Of a stretch of 64,000 nt of DNA, positions 26,443 through 35,152 are shown in pieces (positions within the stretch are counted from its first letter, which is position 1; each line of letters starts with the position of its first letter). This DNA is from Candidatus Kuenenia stuttgartensis. Its GTDB lineage: Bacteria; Planctomycetota; GCA-002687715; CAIWVZ01. The position numbers and the translations under genes are program-made. Under the pieces are notes generated by a model. That model made no database searches. It saw only the letters and a list, made by a program, of their open reading frames with translations, and was not told the DNA's origin. The stretch covers positions 287,277-351,276 of the forward strand of contig CAMARR010000001.1 in assembly GCA_945860915.1 (NCBI GenBank). Reading direction: 5' to 3'.

Positions 26443-27197
26443 GCCGACACCCGCAAGACACAGAGGACATCGTAGAACACGTGAGTCCAAACGGCCACGG
26501 CGAATCCGCGAGCCGCAAACAGTGCGCCAAGGATCGCGCCCGCAACAACTCGGAAGAGGAACACCGAGCCATCCATAGGCTCACCGCCCGGGCCAATATG
26601 GTGGTATGCAGAAAACAACAGGGAAGATGACACGAACGCGATACCCGTCGCAGTCACGTCATCCAATTTGATGGGCCCCTTAAGAAGCCATCGACCACCC
26701 GCAAAAAGTCCGAGGCGAAAAACAAACTCCTCGTAGAAGCCAGCGCCGAGGCTCAAAAGTGTTCCCTCGAGTCTTCCCCCGGGAATTGCGACGACATTGA
26801 ACAACGGGCCGGGAGTGAACACGCGCGCAATCGGAACGAGCGCCATGGCCCAAATGCAACTCTCAAGCAAGAGCGGTCCGAACAGTCCGACACCCTGTCC
26901 AACCTTGCGGGGCTTTCCAGTAAACGCAGCAGCAACGATGCCGACCAAAAGCAACGCGTTGAGCACAATCAGTGCGTTGGGACTGATGGAGAGAAGACCC
27001 CGCTTAATCCATGCATCAGCGGCGTTCTGTGACTGCGCCTTAAAAACAACAATTCCCACTTCATACAAGAGCAGGATGGGAGCGGTCAAAAGGAACGCGG
27101 TTCGCACGTCCCTGACATCGCCGAAGTAGCCACGGATTCCGCCTGTAGCAGGGGCTCCCCCTTTGAGCGATCGCTGCTTCTTGGCTGGACGGGGCAC
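26439..27197 (-). CDS. CPBP-family intramembrane glutamic endopeptidase (CAAX-protease-like)
   Basis: 252 aa. The CPBP motif set EEFVFRLGLF (EExxxR), FSAYHH and HVFYD, within a multi-TM protein. Confidence 0.85.
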   Translation of the reverse strand: MPRPAKKQRSLKGGAPATGGIRGYFGDVRDVRTAFLLTAPILLLYEVGIVVFKAQSQNAADAWIKRGLLSISPNALIVLNALLLVGIVAAAFTGKPRKVGQGVGLFGPLLLESCIWAMALVPIARVFTPGPLFNVVAIPGGRLEGTLLSLGAGFYEEFVFRLGLFAGGRWLLKGPIKLDDVTATGIAFVSSSLLFSAYHHIGPGGEPMDGSVFLFRVVAGAILGALFAARGFAVAVWTHVFYDVLCVLRVSA

Positions 27198-27202
27198 GCC
27201 AA

Positions 27203-27212
27203 ATGCTAGCGC
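27203..27212 (-). promoter_or_regulatory. GCGCTAGCAT (-10-like TAGCAT) 5 nt upstream of the CPBP GTG start
   Basis: Minus-strand reading is GCGCTAGCAT-ttggc-GTG. It lies just downstream of the terminator hairpin of the preceding gene. Confidence 0.3.
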
Positions 27213-27230
27213 GAAGAGAGGAATCGCTCC

Positions 27231-27267
27231 GTAAAATGAACACAGCCCCGAGGAATCCTCGGAGCTG
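27231..27267 (-). terminator. Rho-independent-type terminator after the large lipoprotein gene
   Basis: Minus strand: CAGCTCCGAGG-att-CCTCGGGGCTG (11-bp stem with one G-U pair) followed by TGTTCATTTTAC, about 35 nt after the stop at 27302. Confidence 0.55.
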
Positions 27268-27301
27268 CATTCGGCGGCGAGCCTTGCCCGCCTAGTAACG
27301 A

Positions 27302-30124
27302 CTACTGGTCGTAATAGGTGTGGATGAAGTCGAGTCCGGGCACGACGACGGAGCCAAGAATGGTCGGACTTCCATACGAGAACGCGACCACACGGCCAGC
27401 TCCGGGATATGCAACCGCAACCACGCTCGGCACGGCGCCCGATCCCGTTGCTCCGGCGTCAACAACAGACTTGTTGTTAGTGACACCGGCAAGGTTCACG
27501 TTGTAGAGCCCCGACATGTTCTCGATGACAGCGTCTGTCGGCTGCGCAGAGCCAACAACCGTCGGAGCCGAGAACTGGCTAAGGGTGTTGAAGTCACGAC
27601 GTCCTGGAGGCCCAGGGAACCCAGGCTGAGGCGACAACGTGAAGTTGTACATCGTGATCTGGTCCACCGTGGATCCAAGTGTATTCGCGACCATAACGCC
27701 AGGCTGCGTGCTGCCTCCGATATAGGTCTGCCAGTTCCAACAGCCGGCCTTCGGCCCAAGCAAGCCAGACACGGTCTTGATGATTTTGCCGTTGGGCAGG
27801 TTCTCAAGCACCGCACCACCTGCCGACTCGTACACGGTCACGGTGTTTCCGTAGTAGTTGAAAACGTACGCCATGTATTCGTTTGTCAAACCCATACCGA
27901 GCATGCGCATACCAGCGGCAATCTCCGATGGGCCGTAGCCCACGGGGACGCGAATGCGCTCAGTTTGGGCAGCGACCCGGATAACCGAAAGCGTGTTCTC
28001 GGCGAAGTTGGCGACGAAGACGTCCTCGTTGCCGGGTTGGACCGTCACCGACTTCGGCGAGTTTCCGACGGTAATCGTATTGGCAACGGTATGGAAAGCC
28101 GGCGATGCCGGGTTGGTATACACCCGCTGAACGGTCCCCTGATCTCCATTCGAGACATAAAGGAAGTTCAAGTCCGGCGAAATGCCAAGCCCATTCGGGG
28201 ACGAGATCCCCGAAAGAGTTGTGATCAGCGAGAAGTCGAAGGAGTTGATGACCTTGACGGAGTTGCTGGTGCCGTCAATCACATAGAGGCGATTGCCATA
28301 GGGAGGCGGCGCCGGTGCCATCGTGACTCCCAAGCAGAGCAGCAACGATGCAGTCGCCGACCCATTGCCAGACGCAACCACGCCGGGATCCTGCGTCGGA
28401 TCGCGAGGTGGATCGGTGATTGAATTAGCTGGGTTCAAGAACGTGCCAACCTCCATATCCTTCGGGATCCCGAGGATCGAGGCGTTCGCCAACGGGGTTT
28501 GCATGTAAGTCATCGCCCCCGTGACCTGAGCGCCGTAAGTCACCGGGGCGCGCTGGCATGGAGCCTGTTGGTAGGTCGTACCTGCACCACCCGGACCTAC
28601 CGTGATGTTCGCAGTACTCACGACGCCAAGACCTGGGCGGTCAAATGGAGGAGTTCCACCTTGGGTGACACCGACGAAGATGGCGTCCGGCGGAACCGGG
28701 TTGCGAGCCAAACGAGGACCAGCTTCCCATGCGAAGCCCGATGTGAAATTCGCGGCCATCACATTGCCCGAGCGATCCTGAGCAGTAGGAGCCGCCGCAT
28801 TGGCGTTGACCGTCACGCTGACGGACGCGAGGACCGGCGCGGGATTCGGTGTTGTGACTGTCGGTGTAGGAACCAAGGTCCCCGGCACGGGCTTGATAGG
28901 CGGCAGGAGCAAGAGCGTTCCGGCTGGCTGCGCCGGGTCGCTGCTCGTAATTGGGAACTTGGACGGGTTGCTGGCGTAGTTTTGGAATGTCACGCCCGCT
29001 TGGGTGGGCTGAAGCCCGGTGATGTCAACCCAGCGAATTCGAACTTGTGCAGGATTCGAGATCGGATCGGGCATGTAGACCACGTAACCCAAGGTCGTCG
29101 GAAGGCCTTGCGGTTGGTTAGTCGTTGGATCGGTTGGCAGGTTGTATTGAATGGTAAGGGCACCGTTCGTCGCAACCGTGTCGTCTCCGGCTCCGCCCTC
29201 ATAAATTGCGTTGGCGCCAGCGGCGAACGGACGGAATGGCGGCGAGATGAACGGATCACGCGTCGAGGTCTGCCCCACGAGTGCAAGGAAGTCAACTGCG
29301 TCGGTGAAGTTCAAGACGATTTCTGAGTTGATCTTGACCGCGCTTGAGCCGTTGACAGGCACGACGGGCGAGGACGCAGACATGGCTAGCAAAGTAGTGT
29401 CACCACCACCGACAGCCGCCACCGTGAATGGCATCACAGGAAGAAGCGAATTGATGCACCCCGCACCCGTGCCAGTGGCACAGAACGGACCACCAGTCGA
29501 GGACTGGAGGTAGTTGGTGATCACCAACGCGTAGTTCCCGGCCGGGAACGGGTCCGCAGTCGCGATGTTGCCATCCGGGTTGTAATAAAGACGCAACGTC
29601 GAAGGCGCCACATCGCTCGTGACAAGGTTCGCCGCGTTAAGCACGCCGGCGCTGTCGAGGCTTACGCACACGGGCGTGCCCGGAGCGAACAAGCAACTGC
29701 CAACGGGCGGCGGATTCGACCCACCGAGGAAGTACACCACGATGCCGTCGAGTCCCGAAGACGGGGTCGTCGTAATCGAAGATGCCTTTACCGAAGTGTT
29801 GAACTGTAGTTCGATGAAGGTCTGTTGCCCTGCGTTGCCTGCAGTGAACACCGGCGGAGCGACGTTGTAGGCCGTCGGACCCGTTGCACCCGCTGGGACC
29901 GGTACGCCGTTGATTGGCGTCGTCGGATACGGAGTTGGATTGACCGGAGCCTGAGGCGGGAAGACTGGAGTCGACCCGATCCAATAGTTCATTGGCGCCG
30001 TCAGGCTGAGGAAAGTAGGAGCACCGCCACCACCACCGCCACCACCACCGCAACCGGTGACGACAAAGAGGGCTACGGCAAGACTCGCAAGCGCGACACG
30101 CGCTTGCACATTTTGATTCGACAT
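27302..30124 (-). CDS. Large lipoprotein with Ig-like regions and C-terminal YVTN-type beta-propeller repeats
   Basis: ATG 30124. Signal peptide plus lipobox (LAVALFVVTGC) followed by a Gly9 linker. Pro/Thr/Gly-rich N-terminal two thirds. C-terminal repeats LYVIDGTSNSVKVI, LYVSNGDQGTVQRV, VFVANFAENTLSVIRV, YVFNYYGNTVTVYE. Confidence 0.8.
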   Translation of the reverse strand: MSNQNVQARVALASLAVALFVVTGCGGGGGGGGGAPTFLSLTAPMNYWIGSTPVFPPQAPVNPTPYPTTPINGVPVPAGATGPTAYNVAPPVFTAGNAGQQTFIELQFNTSVKASSITTTPSSGLDGIVVYFLGGSNPPPVGSCLFAPGTPVCVSLDSAGVLNAANLVTSDVAPSTLRLYYNPDGNIATADPFPAGNYALVITNYLQSSTGGPFCATGTGAGCINSLLPVMPFTVAAVGGGDTTLLAMSASSPVVPVNGSSAVKINSEIVLNFTDAVDFLALVGQTSTRDPFISPPFRPFAAGANAIYEGGAGDDTVATNGALTIQYNLPTDPTTNQPQGLPTTLGYVVYMPDPISNPAQVRIRWVDITGLQPTQAGVTFQNYASNPSKFPITSSDPAQPAGTLLLLPPIKPVPGTLVPTPTVTTPNPAPVLASVSVTVNANAAAPTAQDRSGNVMAANFTSGFAWEAGPRLARNPVPPDAIFVGVTQGGTPPFDRPGLGVVSTANITVGPGGAGTTYQQAPCQRAPVTYGAQVTGAMTYMQTPLANASILGIPKDMEVGTFLNPANSITDPPRDPTQDPGVVASGNGSATASLLLCLGVTMAPAPPPYGNRLYVIDGTSNSVKVINSFDFSLITTLSGISSPNGLGISPDLNFLYVSNGDQGTVQRVYTNPASPAFHTVANTITVGNSPKSVTVQPGNEDVFVANFAENTLSVIRVAAQTERIRVPVGYGPSEIAAGMRMLGMGLTNEYMAYVFNYYGNTVTVYESAGGAVLENLPNGKIIKTVSGLLGPKAGCWNWQTYIGGSTQPGVMVANTLGSTVDQITMYNFTLSPQPGFPGPPGRRDFNTLSQFSAPTVVGSAQPTDAVIENMSGLYNVNLAGVTNNKSVVDAGATGSGAVPSVVAVAYPGAGRVVAFSYGSPTILGSVVVPGLDFIHTYYDQ
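30023..30049 (-). repeat. In-frame (GGT GGT GGT GGC)x2 GGT glycine-codon microsatellite
   Basis: 27 nt encoding nine Gly immediately after the lipobox Cys. Read directly from the sequence. Confidence 0.9.
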
Positions 30125-30515
30125 CCGAGGTTCGTTCACGAGCTCGACTCCGGTGGGGGATCCCCGTGCGTGCCGCGACAGGCCACGGCAGCTGACTCCC
30201 TTTCCGCAATCCGCGTGCCGGGTAAAAGACGACACGGTTTGTCGGAAAGGCTAGGGCGGGGTTATAGCACAAAGGGGATTTTATGGCGAGTCTCGCCCAC
30301 CCACTCCCCCTCAAAACCACCCTCCGAGCGTTTCCGCTCGTCCCTTGGCGGTAGGGTGCTTGGAACATAGCCTGATTTTTGACGCGCTTTCGCTCCAAGA
30401 AGCGGGGTTCCCGCCCCCCTTCCGAACTGGTAAACCCTACCGTTGGGGCTTGGTTCCAAGCTCGCCACCTCACTTAGGGGGAATCGCCATTTTCGAGCCA
30501 CCGCTACCTCGCGAC

Positions 30516-31523
30516 GTGCCGGCACTCTCAGACCCCCAGGAGTCAGTCCTCGACCTTGCCCTTCGGCCCAAGGCGTTCACTGAGTTCGTCGGCCAGTCTC
30601 AGGTCGTAGACAACCTGATGATCGCCATCACCGCGGCGCGCCTTCGAGGCGAGCCCGTTGACCATGTCCTTCTCTCCGGCCTTCCCGGACTTGGCAAAAC
30701 TACGCTCGCGGAACTCATCGCAAAGGAAATGGGCGCGGGCTTCCGCGCCACGAGTGCGCCCGTTCTCGAGCGTCCGGCCGATCTCGCCGGAATTCTCACC
30801 GGACTCTCCGCTGGCGATGTTCTATTTGTCGACGAGATCCATCGCCTCCCTTCCACTGTCGAAGAGTATCTATACAGCGCGATGGAGGACTTCATCCTCG
30901 ACATCGTCCTAGATCAGGGATCGCGCGCACGTACCGTTCGATTGGAACTCAAACCATTCACGCTCATCGGTGCGACGACACGCGAGGGACTCCTCGCTCC
31001 CCCGTTCCGCGCACGCTTCGGATTGGTCGAACGCCTCGAACCGTATCAGCTCGACGATCTAGCAAAGATCGCGCAGCGATCGTCCTCCCTGCTCAACATG
31101 ACCCTCACCCCCGACGCGGCCATCGACCTGTCAAATCGGTCGCGCGGAACTCCGCGTGTCGTCAATCGATTCCTTCGTCGACTTCGCGACCTCGCTCAGG
31201 TTGAAGGACGAAAGGAAATCGACCAAGCACTTGTCGTGCGCGGGCTTGCCCGACTCGGTGTCGATGCACGAGGCCTGCTCACCGTCGATCGCATGATTTT
31301 GTCGACATTGGCAAAAGCGGGCGGTGAACCCGTCGGCGTCAAAACCCTCGCGGTCTCAATCGGCGAGGACGAACGTACGATCGAAGACGTTTATGAACCA
31401 CATCTGATCCGTGAAGGCCTCATTTTGAAGACAGCCCGCGGCCGCATCCTGACTCCTGAAGGCGAGCGCGTCGCGGGCCAGCCGCACCACCGAACGGGGC
31501 AACTTCCCTTCGAGGGTTCCTAG
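30516..31523 (+). CDS. ruvB: Holliday junction branch migration helicase RuvB
   Basis: LRPKAFTEFVGQ, Walker A GLPGLGKTTLA, Walker B LFVDEIHRL, and a C-terminal winged helix. GTG 30516 gives 335 aa, the typical size. The track TTG at 30345 adds 57 non-conserved residues. Start uncertain. Confidence 0.9.
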   Translation: MPALSDPQESVLDLALRPKAFTEFVGQSQVVDNLMIAITAARLRGEPVDHVLLSGLPGLGKTTLAELIAKEMGAGFRATSAPVLERPADLAGILTGLSAGDVLFVDEIHRLPSTVEEYLYSAMEDFILDIVLDQGSRARTVRLELKPFTLIGATTREGLLAPPFRARFGLVERLEPYQLDDLAKIAQRSSSLLNMTLTPDAAIDLSNRSRGTPRVVNRFLRRLRDLAQVEGRKEIDQALVVRGLARLGVDARGLLTVDRMILSTLAKAGGEPVGVKTLAVSIGEDERTIEDVYEPHLIREGLILKTARGRILTPEGERVAGQPHHRTGQLPFEGS

Positions 31524-32696
31524 ATGAAGGCGGCGCGTCGTCGCCTTATTGCACTCTTGGTCTGCGCAGGACTCGCGATCGCTGCAGCCTGCCTTATACC
31601 TAACGATCTCCCATTCCTGCCCCATGTCACCGGTCCCCGTTGGCCTTTTCATGAGGAACCCACGGTGCGAGTCCTCATTGATTCGATACAGATAGGTGGT
31701 CGGACGGAGTTCAATTCCATCGTCGGTACCCCGGGTACGCGCTTCAATCAGCCGACCCGCGTGGTGGTCCACCTCGGGGGCGACGATAAGACCACCATCA
31801 ACGGGGTGGCCGTTTCACTTCCGATCGTCCTCGAAGGAGCCGAAGAAGGCATCGGACATGGAGGGCGGCGCTACTCGGGTGACATCCTGATTGATCGAGA
31901 TGGAGCGGGTCGTTTGGCGCTGATCAACCGCATCCCCATGGAACGCTATATCGAGGGCGTCGTGCTTGCGGAAATGCCGCCCAACTTCCCGGAAGAAGCC
32001 CTCAAGGCGCAGGCGATTGCCAGCCGCTCCTATGCGGCTTGGAAGGTCGCGGCATGCCGAAGTCAGCATTGGGATGTCTCCGACACGCAACGATCGCAGG
32101 TCTACAAGGGCAATCCCGAACTGCCAAAGCTCGCACTAAGAGTGACACGGGCGACGCGAGGCGTGGTCCTTGCTTTCGGTAGCAAGCCCCTCGAGGCCGT
32201 GTTCTCAAGCACCTGCGGTGGCACGACACGCAGTGCACAAGAGGCGTTCGGAGACGCGGCGCCCGCGCCACTCCGCGGGGCAATATGCAACGCATGCAAC
32301 GGCACCACGTTTTCCACATGGACCTGTGACGTCGACCGTCGCGTCGTTGGAAAGGCGCTTGGGGTCGGAACCCTCGTGTCGATCGGAAACCTAGACACCT
32401 ACTCCAGTGGCCGACTCCGATCGGTCGAGGTGCTAGGCGATGTCGGCCCCCGCAGAACGGTGTCAGGCCCTGCCTTGACGTCCGCTCTAGGATCCAAAGC
32501 GCTTTCAACATGGATCTCCCTTATAGAAGTGCGTGGCGCGAAAGTTCACGCCGAAGGGAGAGGTTTCGGGCATGGTGCTGGAATGTGTCAGGTCGGCGCT
32601 GGTGTTCTCGCTCGTCGAGGTGCGAACTTTGAGTCCATTTTGGCAACGTACTATCCGGGCGCGTCTTTGGTCGACCTTTGGCCCGCGCCGCGCTGA
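31524..32696 (+). CDS. SpoIID/LytB domain protein (peptidoglycan remodelling)
   Basis: 390 aa. N-terminal anchor, then YIEGVVLAEMPPNFPEEALKAQAIASRSYA, VFSSTCGGTTRSAQEAFG, GRGFGHGAGMCQVGA. Confidence 0.85.
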   Translation: MKAARRRLIALLVCAGLAIAAACLIPNDLPFLPHVTGPRWPFHEEPTVRVLIDSIQIGGRTEFNSIVGTPGTRFNQPTRVVVHLGGDDKTTINGVAVSLPIVLEGAEEGIGHGGRRYSGDILIDRDGAGRLALINRIPMERYIEGVVLAEMPPNFPEEALKAQAIASRSYAAWKVAACRSQHWDVSDTQRSQVYKGNPELPKLALRVTRATRGVVLAFGSKPLEAVFSSTCGGTTRSAQEAFGDAAPAPLRGAICNACNGTTFSTWTCDVDRRVVGKALGVGTLVSIGNLDTYSSGRLRSVEVLGDVGPRRTVSGPALTSALGSKALSTWISLIEVRGAKVHAEGRGFGHGAGMCQVGAGVLARRGANFESILATYYPGASLVDLWPAPR

Positions 32697-32699
32697 TAC

Positions 32700-33872
32700 A
32701 TGTCAACAATAATCCACTCACCATCTTCAGGACCGTTTGATTGGACTCCGATTGCGCGCGATGCTCGCGCCCGCGTCGGGACCCTACGGACACTCCACGG
32801 CGGAGCGATTACCCCGGGATTTATGGCCGTCGGAACCGCGGCGGCGGTCAAGGCACTAACCCCTGAACAAGTTCGTCGAACCGGGACCGAGGTCATCCTA
32901 GGCAACACCTACCATCTAGCGGTTCGCCCAGGCTCAAGCCTCATTCGCAATCTAGGAGGACTCCACGAGTTCATGCGATGGGATGGCCCGATCCTGACTG
33001 ACTCGGGAGGATTTCAGGTATTCTCTCTCGCAGGCACGCGGGACGTCGACGACGCTGGTGTGACCTTTCGCAACCACATCGACGGAAAACTGCTTCGTCT
33101 CGGCCCCGACGAAGCCATGCGCATTCAAACAGACCTCGGGTCGGACATCGCGATGGTGTTTGACGAGTGCCTTCCCGCGACAGCGACGAGGTCCGAGGTA
33201 GAAGTATCACTCACGACACGCACCATCCCTTGGGAGATCCGTTCCCTCTCGCACCGCCCGACGGATGGCCGCGCGGTCTTCGCAATCGGCCAGGGAGGTC
33301 TGCACGCGGATTTAAGGCGTGCGTGTTTAAGAGAACTCACGTCACTCCCATTCGACGGGTTTGCAATTGGCGGACTCTCAGTGGGTGAGTCGCATGAGAA
33401 TTTCTTGTCGATGCTCGACGTTTCTACTTCGAGTATTCCGGAGTTGAAGCCTCGGTACCTCATGGGAGTGGGATCACCACGCGAACTAGTGGAAGCCATT
33501 GGCCTTGGGACGGACTTGTTTGACTGCGTTTTGCCCACGCGCAACGCCCGAAATGCCCAGGCACTCACATGGGACGGCCCTATTCGCTTGAAAAACGCGG
33601 TGCATGCGACCGACGGCAAGCCACTCGACACCACATGCCCTTGCGAGGCGTGTTCGCAGGGGTTCTCTCGGGCTTACCTTCGCCACCTCTTTGCGGCAGG
33701 CGAGATGCTCGCTGGCACGTTGGTCACGGCGCACAATCTCACGTTCCTTCAGCAGATCATGAAACAAGCCCGCGAAGCGATCTTCGCGGGCTCGTACGCC
33801 GCATGGGCGGCAAACTTCCTTGGTCGGTATCCCGCGTCGGCGGGATTACCCGAGGACATCAAGGAGCGTTGA
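32700..33872 (+). CDS. tgt: tRNA-guanine(34) transglycosylase
   Basis: 390 aa. TPGFMAVGT, LGNTYHL, TDSGGFQVFSL, and the zinc site CPCEAC...H. Confidence 0.95.
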   Translation: MSTIIHSPSSGPFDWTPIARDARARVGTLRTLHGGAITPGFMAVGTAAAVKALTPEQVRRTGTEVILGNTYHLAVRPGSSLIRNLGGLHEFMRWDGPILTDSGGFQVFSLAGTRDVDDAGVTFRNHIDGKLLRLGPDEAMRIQTDLGSDIAMVFDECLPATATRSEVEVSLTTRTIPWEIRSLSHRPTDGRAVFAIGQGGLHADLRRACLRELTSLPFDGFAIGGLSVGESHENFLSMLDVSTSSIPELKPRYLMGVGSPRELVEAIGLGTDLFDCVLPTRNARNAQALTWDGPIRLKNAVHATDGKPLDTTCPCEACSQGFSRAYLRHLFAAGEMLAGTLVTAHNLTFLQQIMKQAREAIFAGSYAAWAANFLGRYPASAGLPEDIKER

Positions 33873-35094
33873 TGATCTCGATCTTGCGCACCCTCATGAT
33901 GGGGAGCGCGATCCCAGGGACTTCAATCGGAGCGTCGCCATCGAGGATGCCGATGTTCTTTCCTCGATACTCCTCAAAGTCTAGGCGATCTGACACAAGG
34001 TAATACTCGCGCTGGTCGCCACGGTGGATTTTGTACTTCGGCTGTCCTTCGACATCCGCCTTCGGAGCAAGCTGTACCCAACCGGTTGCCTTGTAACGGC
34101 CTTTCTCCAGACCAATCTTGGCAGCGTCCGATTCCTTGCGCTCACGCAGGCGCTTGAGGTCATCACGATAGACTTTTTCGCTTTCTTCGCGGCGTCGTTC
34201 GGCTTCCGACCTCTGCCGCATCGCGTTGGCAATCGCCTCCGCGTTCTTCTCCCACTCCGTGACCACGTCGAGACGCCGTTCCACGCGTTTCTTGATATTC
34301 TCGTCTTCGGCCGAGAACTTCGCCAACTCCTCATACTCGGCTCGCAGGCCCTTGGTGTCGCGTGACCCAGCTGGCTTCGCCAATTCAGCGTTGAATTTCT
34401 CATCCGCGGACGCGATGGCTTCCATGCGCTTCTTTGCTTGGGCTTTCCTAGCTTCAAGCGCCATCATCTCCGCATCTCGTTTTAATTTGGCATCTACAAG
34501 CGCGGCCGCGCCATCGACAAAAGCCTTCTCAGCCGATGCTGTGTCTTTCCAAACTTCGACGTAACGGTTGAACACATACCCGGGATGCGACTCCGGCATA
34601 TGGATTCTCCCGAAGTCGCCGCGCTCTTCCAGGATGTTCACACGTGTGCCAGGTTCAATCGGCCCGAGAGATGGTTCGTCCGTCGAAGGGGTGCCGCGAA
34701 GTTGAAGCGCGGTAGCCTTGACGACCGATGTGCCATCGGCTTGCTTCTCAAGATACTCGCGGGTTCCGCGGCGCAGCGCAATCCAAAGATCGAGCCCGCC
34801 CGGGATCTCACACGCGAGCCAGTCGCCGCGACGCGCAACGACTTTTACAGCGGTGCCGCGATCGAGGCGAACCAATTCCCGGTGGAAGTCGCCCGCACCG
34901 CCGCGGACGTTGACTTTATTCGCCGCAACACGTCCCCACCACGGAAACGTTTCGACCGGACGCGATGCCGGTTGAGTTTCAGCCGGACGCGATGCCGCGG
35001 CAACAGCTGGAGCCGCGGTCGTCTGCCCCGCGGCAACGGCCCCGAGCACGAGTACTACAAAAGCAAATTTCGAGCGCATGCTTGACTCCCCCAT
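33859..35094 (-). CDS. Secreted SH3-like/coiled-coil protein, unknown function
   Basis: 411 aa. Signal peptide (FAFVVLVLGAVAAG), two SH3b-like segments (ANKVNVRGGAG..., ATALQLRGTPS...), and a Lys/Glu/Ala-rich coiled coil. The 3' end overlaps tgt by 14 nt. Confidence 0.6.
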   Translation of the reverse strand: MGESSMRSKFAFVVLVLGAVAAGQTTAAPAVAAASRPAETQPASRPVETFPWWGRVAANKVNVRGGAGDFHRELVRLDRGTAVKVVARRGDWLACEIPGGLDLWIALRRGTREYLEKQADGTSVVKATALQLRGTPSTDEPSLGPIEPGTRVNILEERGDFGRIHMPESHPGYVFNRYVEVWKDTASAEKAFVDGAAALVDAKLKRDAEMMALEARKAQAKKRMEAIASADEKFNAELAKPAGSRDTKGLRAEYEELAKFSAEDENIKKRVERRLDVVTEWEKNAEAIANAMRQRSEAERRREESEKVYRDDLKRLRERKESDAAKIGLEKGRYKATGWVQLAPKADVEGQPKYKIHRGDQREYYLVSDRLDFEEYRGKNIGILDGDAPIEVPGIALPIMRVRKIEIINAP

Positions 35095-35152
35095 CCGGGC
35101 CCCCCGGCCCGAACCGCTACTAGGTTACGGAGTGCGGGCAGCGCCCGCAAAC

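Noticed and set aside
26439-27197. CPBP/Abi-family protein as an abortive-infection system
   Set aside because: The Abi name of the family is historical. There are no phage-defence partners nearby, and it is co-transcribed with biosynthetic and replication genes.
27320-29326. 367-aa and 275-aa plus-strand ORFs
   Set aside because: They are antisense to the large lipoprotein gene and are Arg/His/Asp-rich shadow frames without any recognisable domain.
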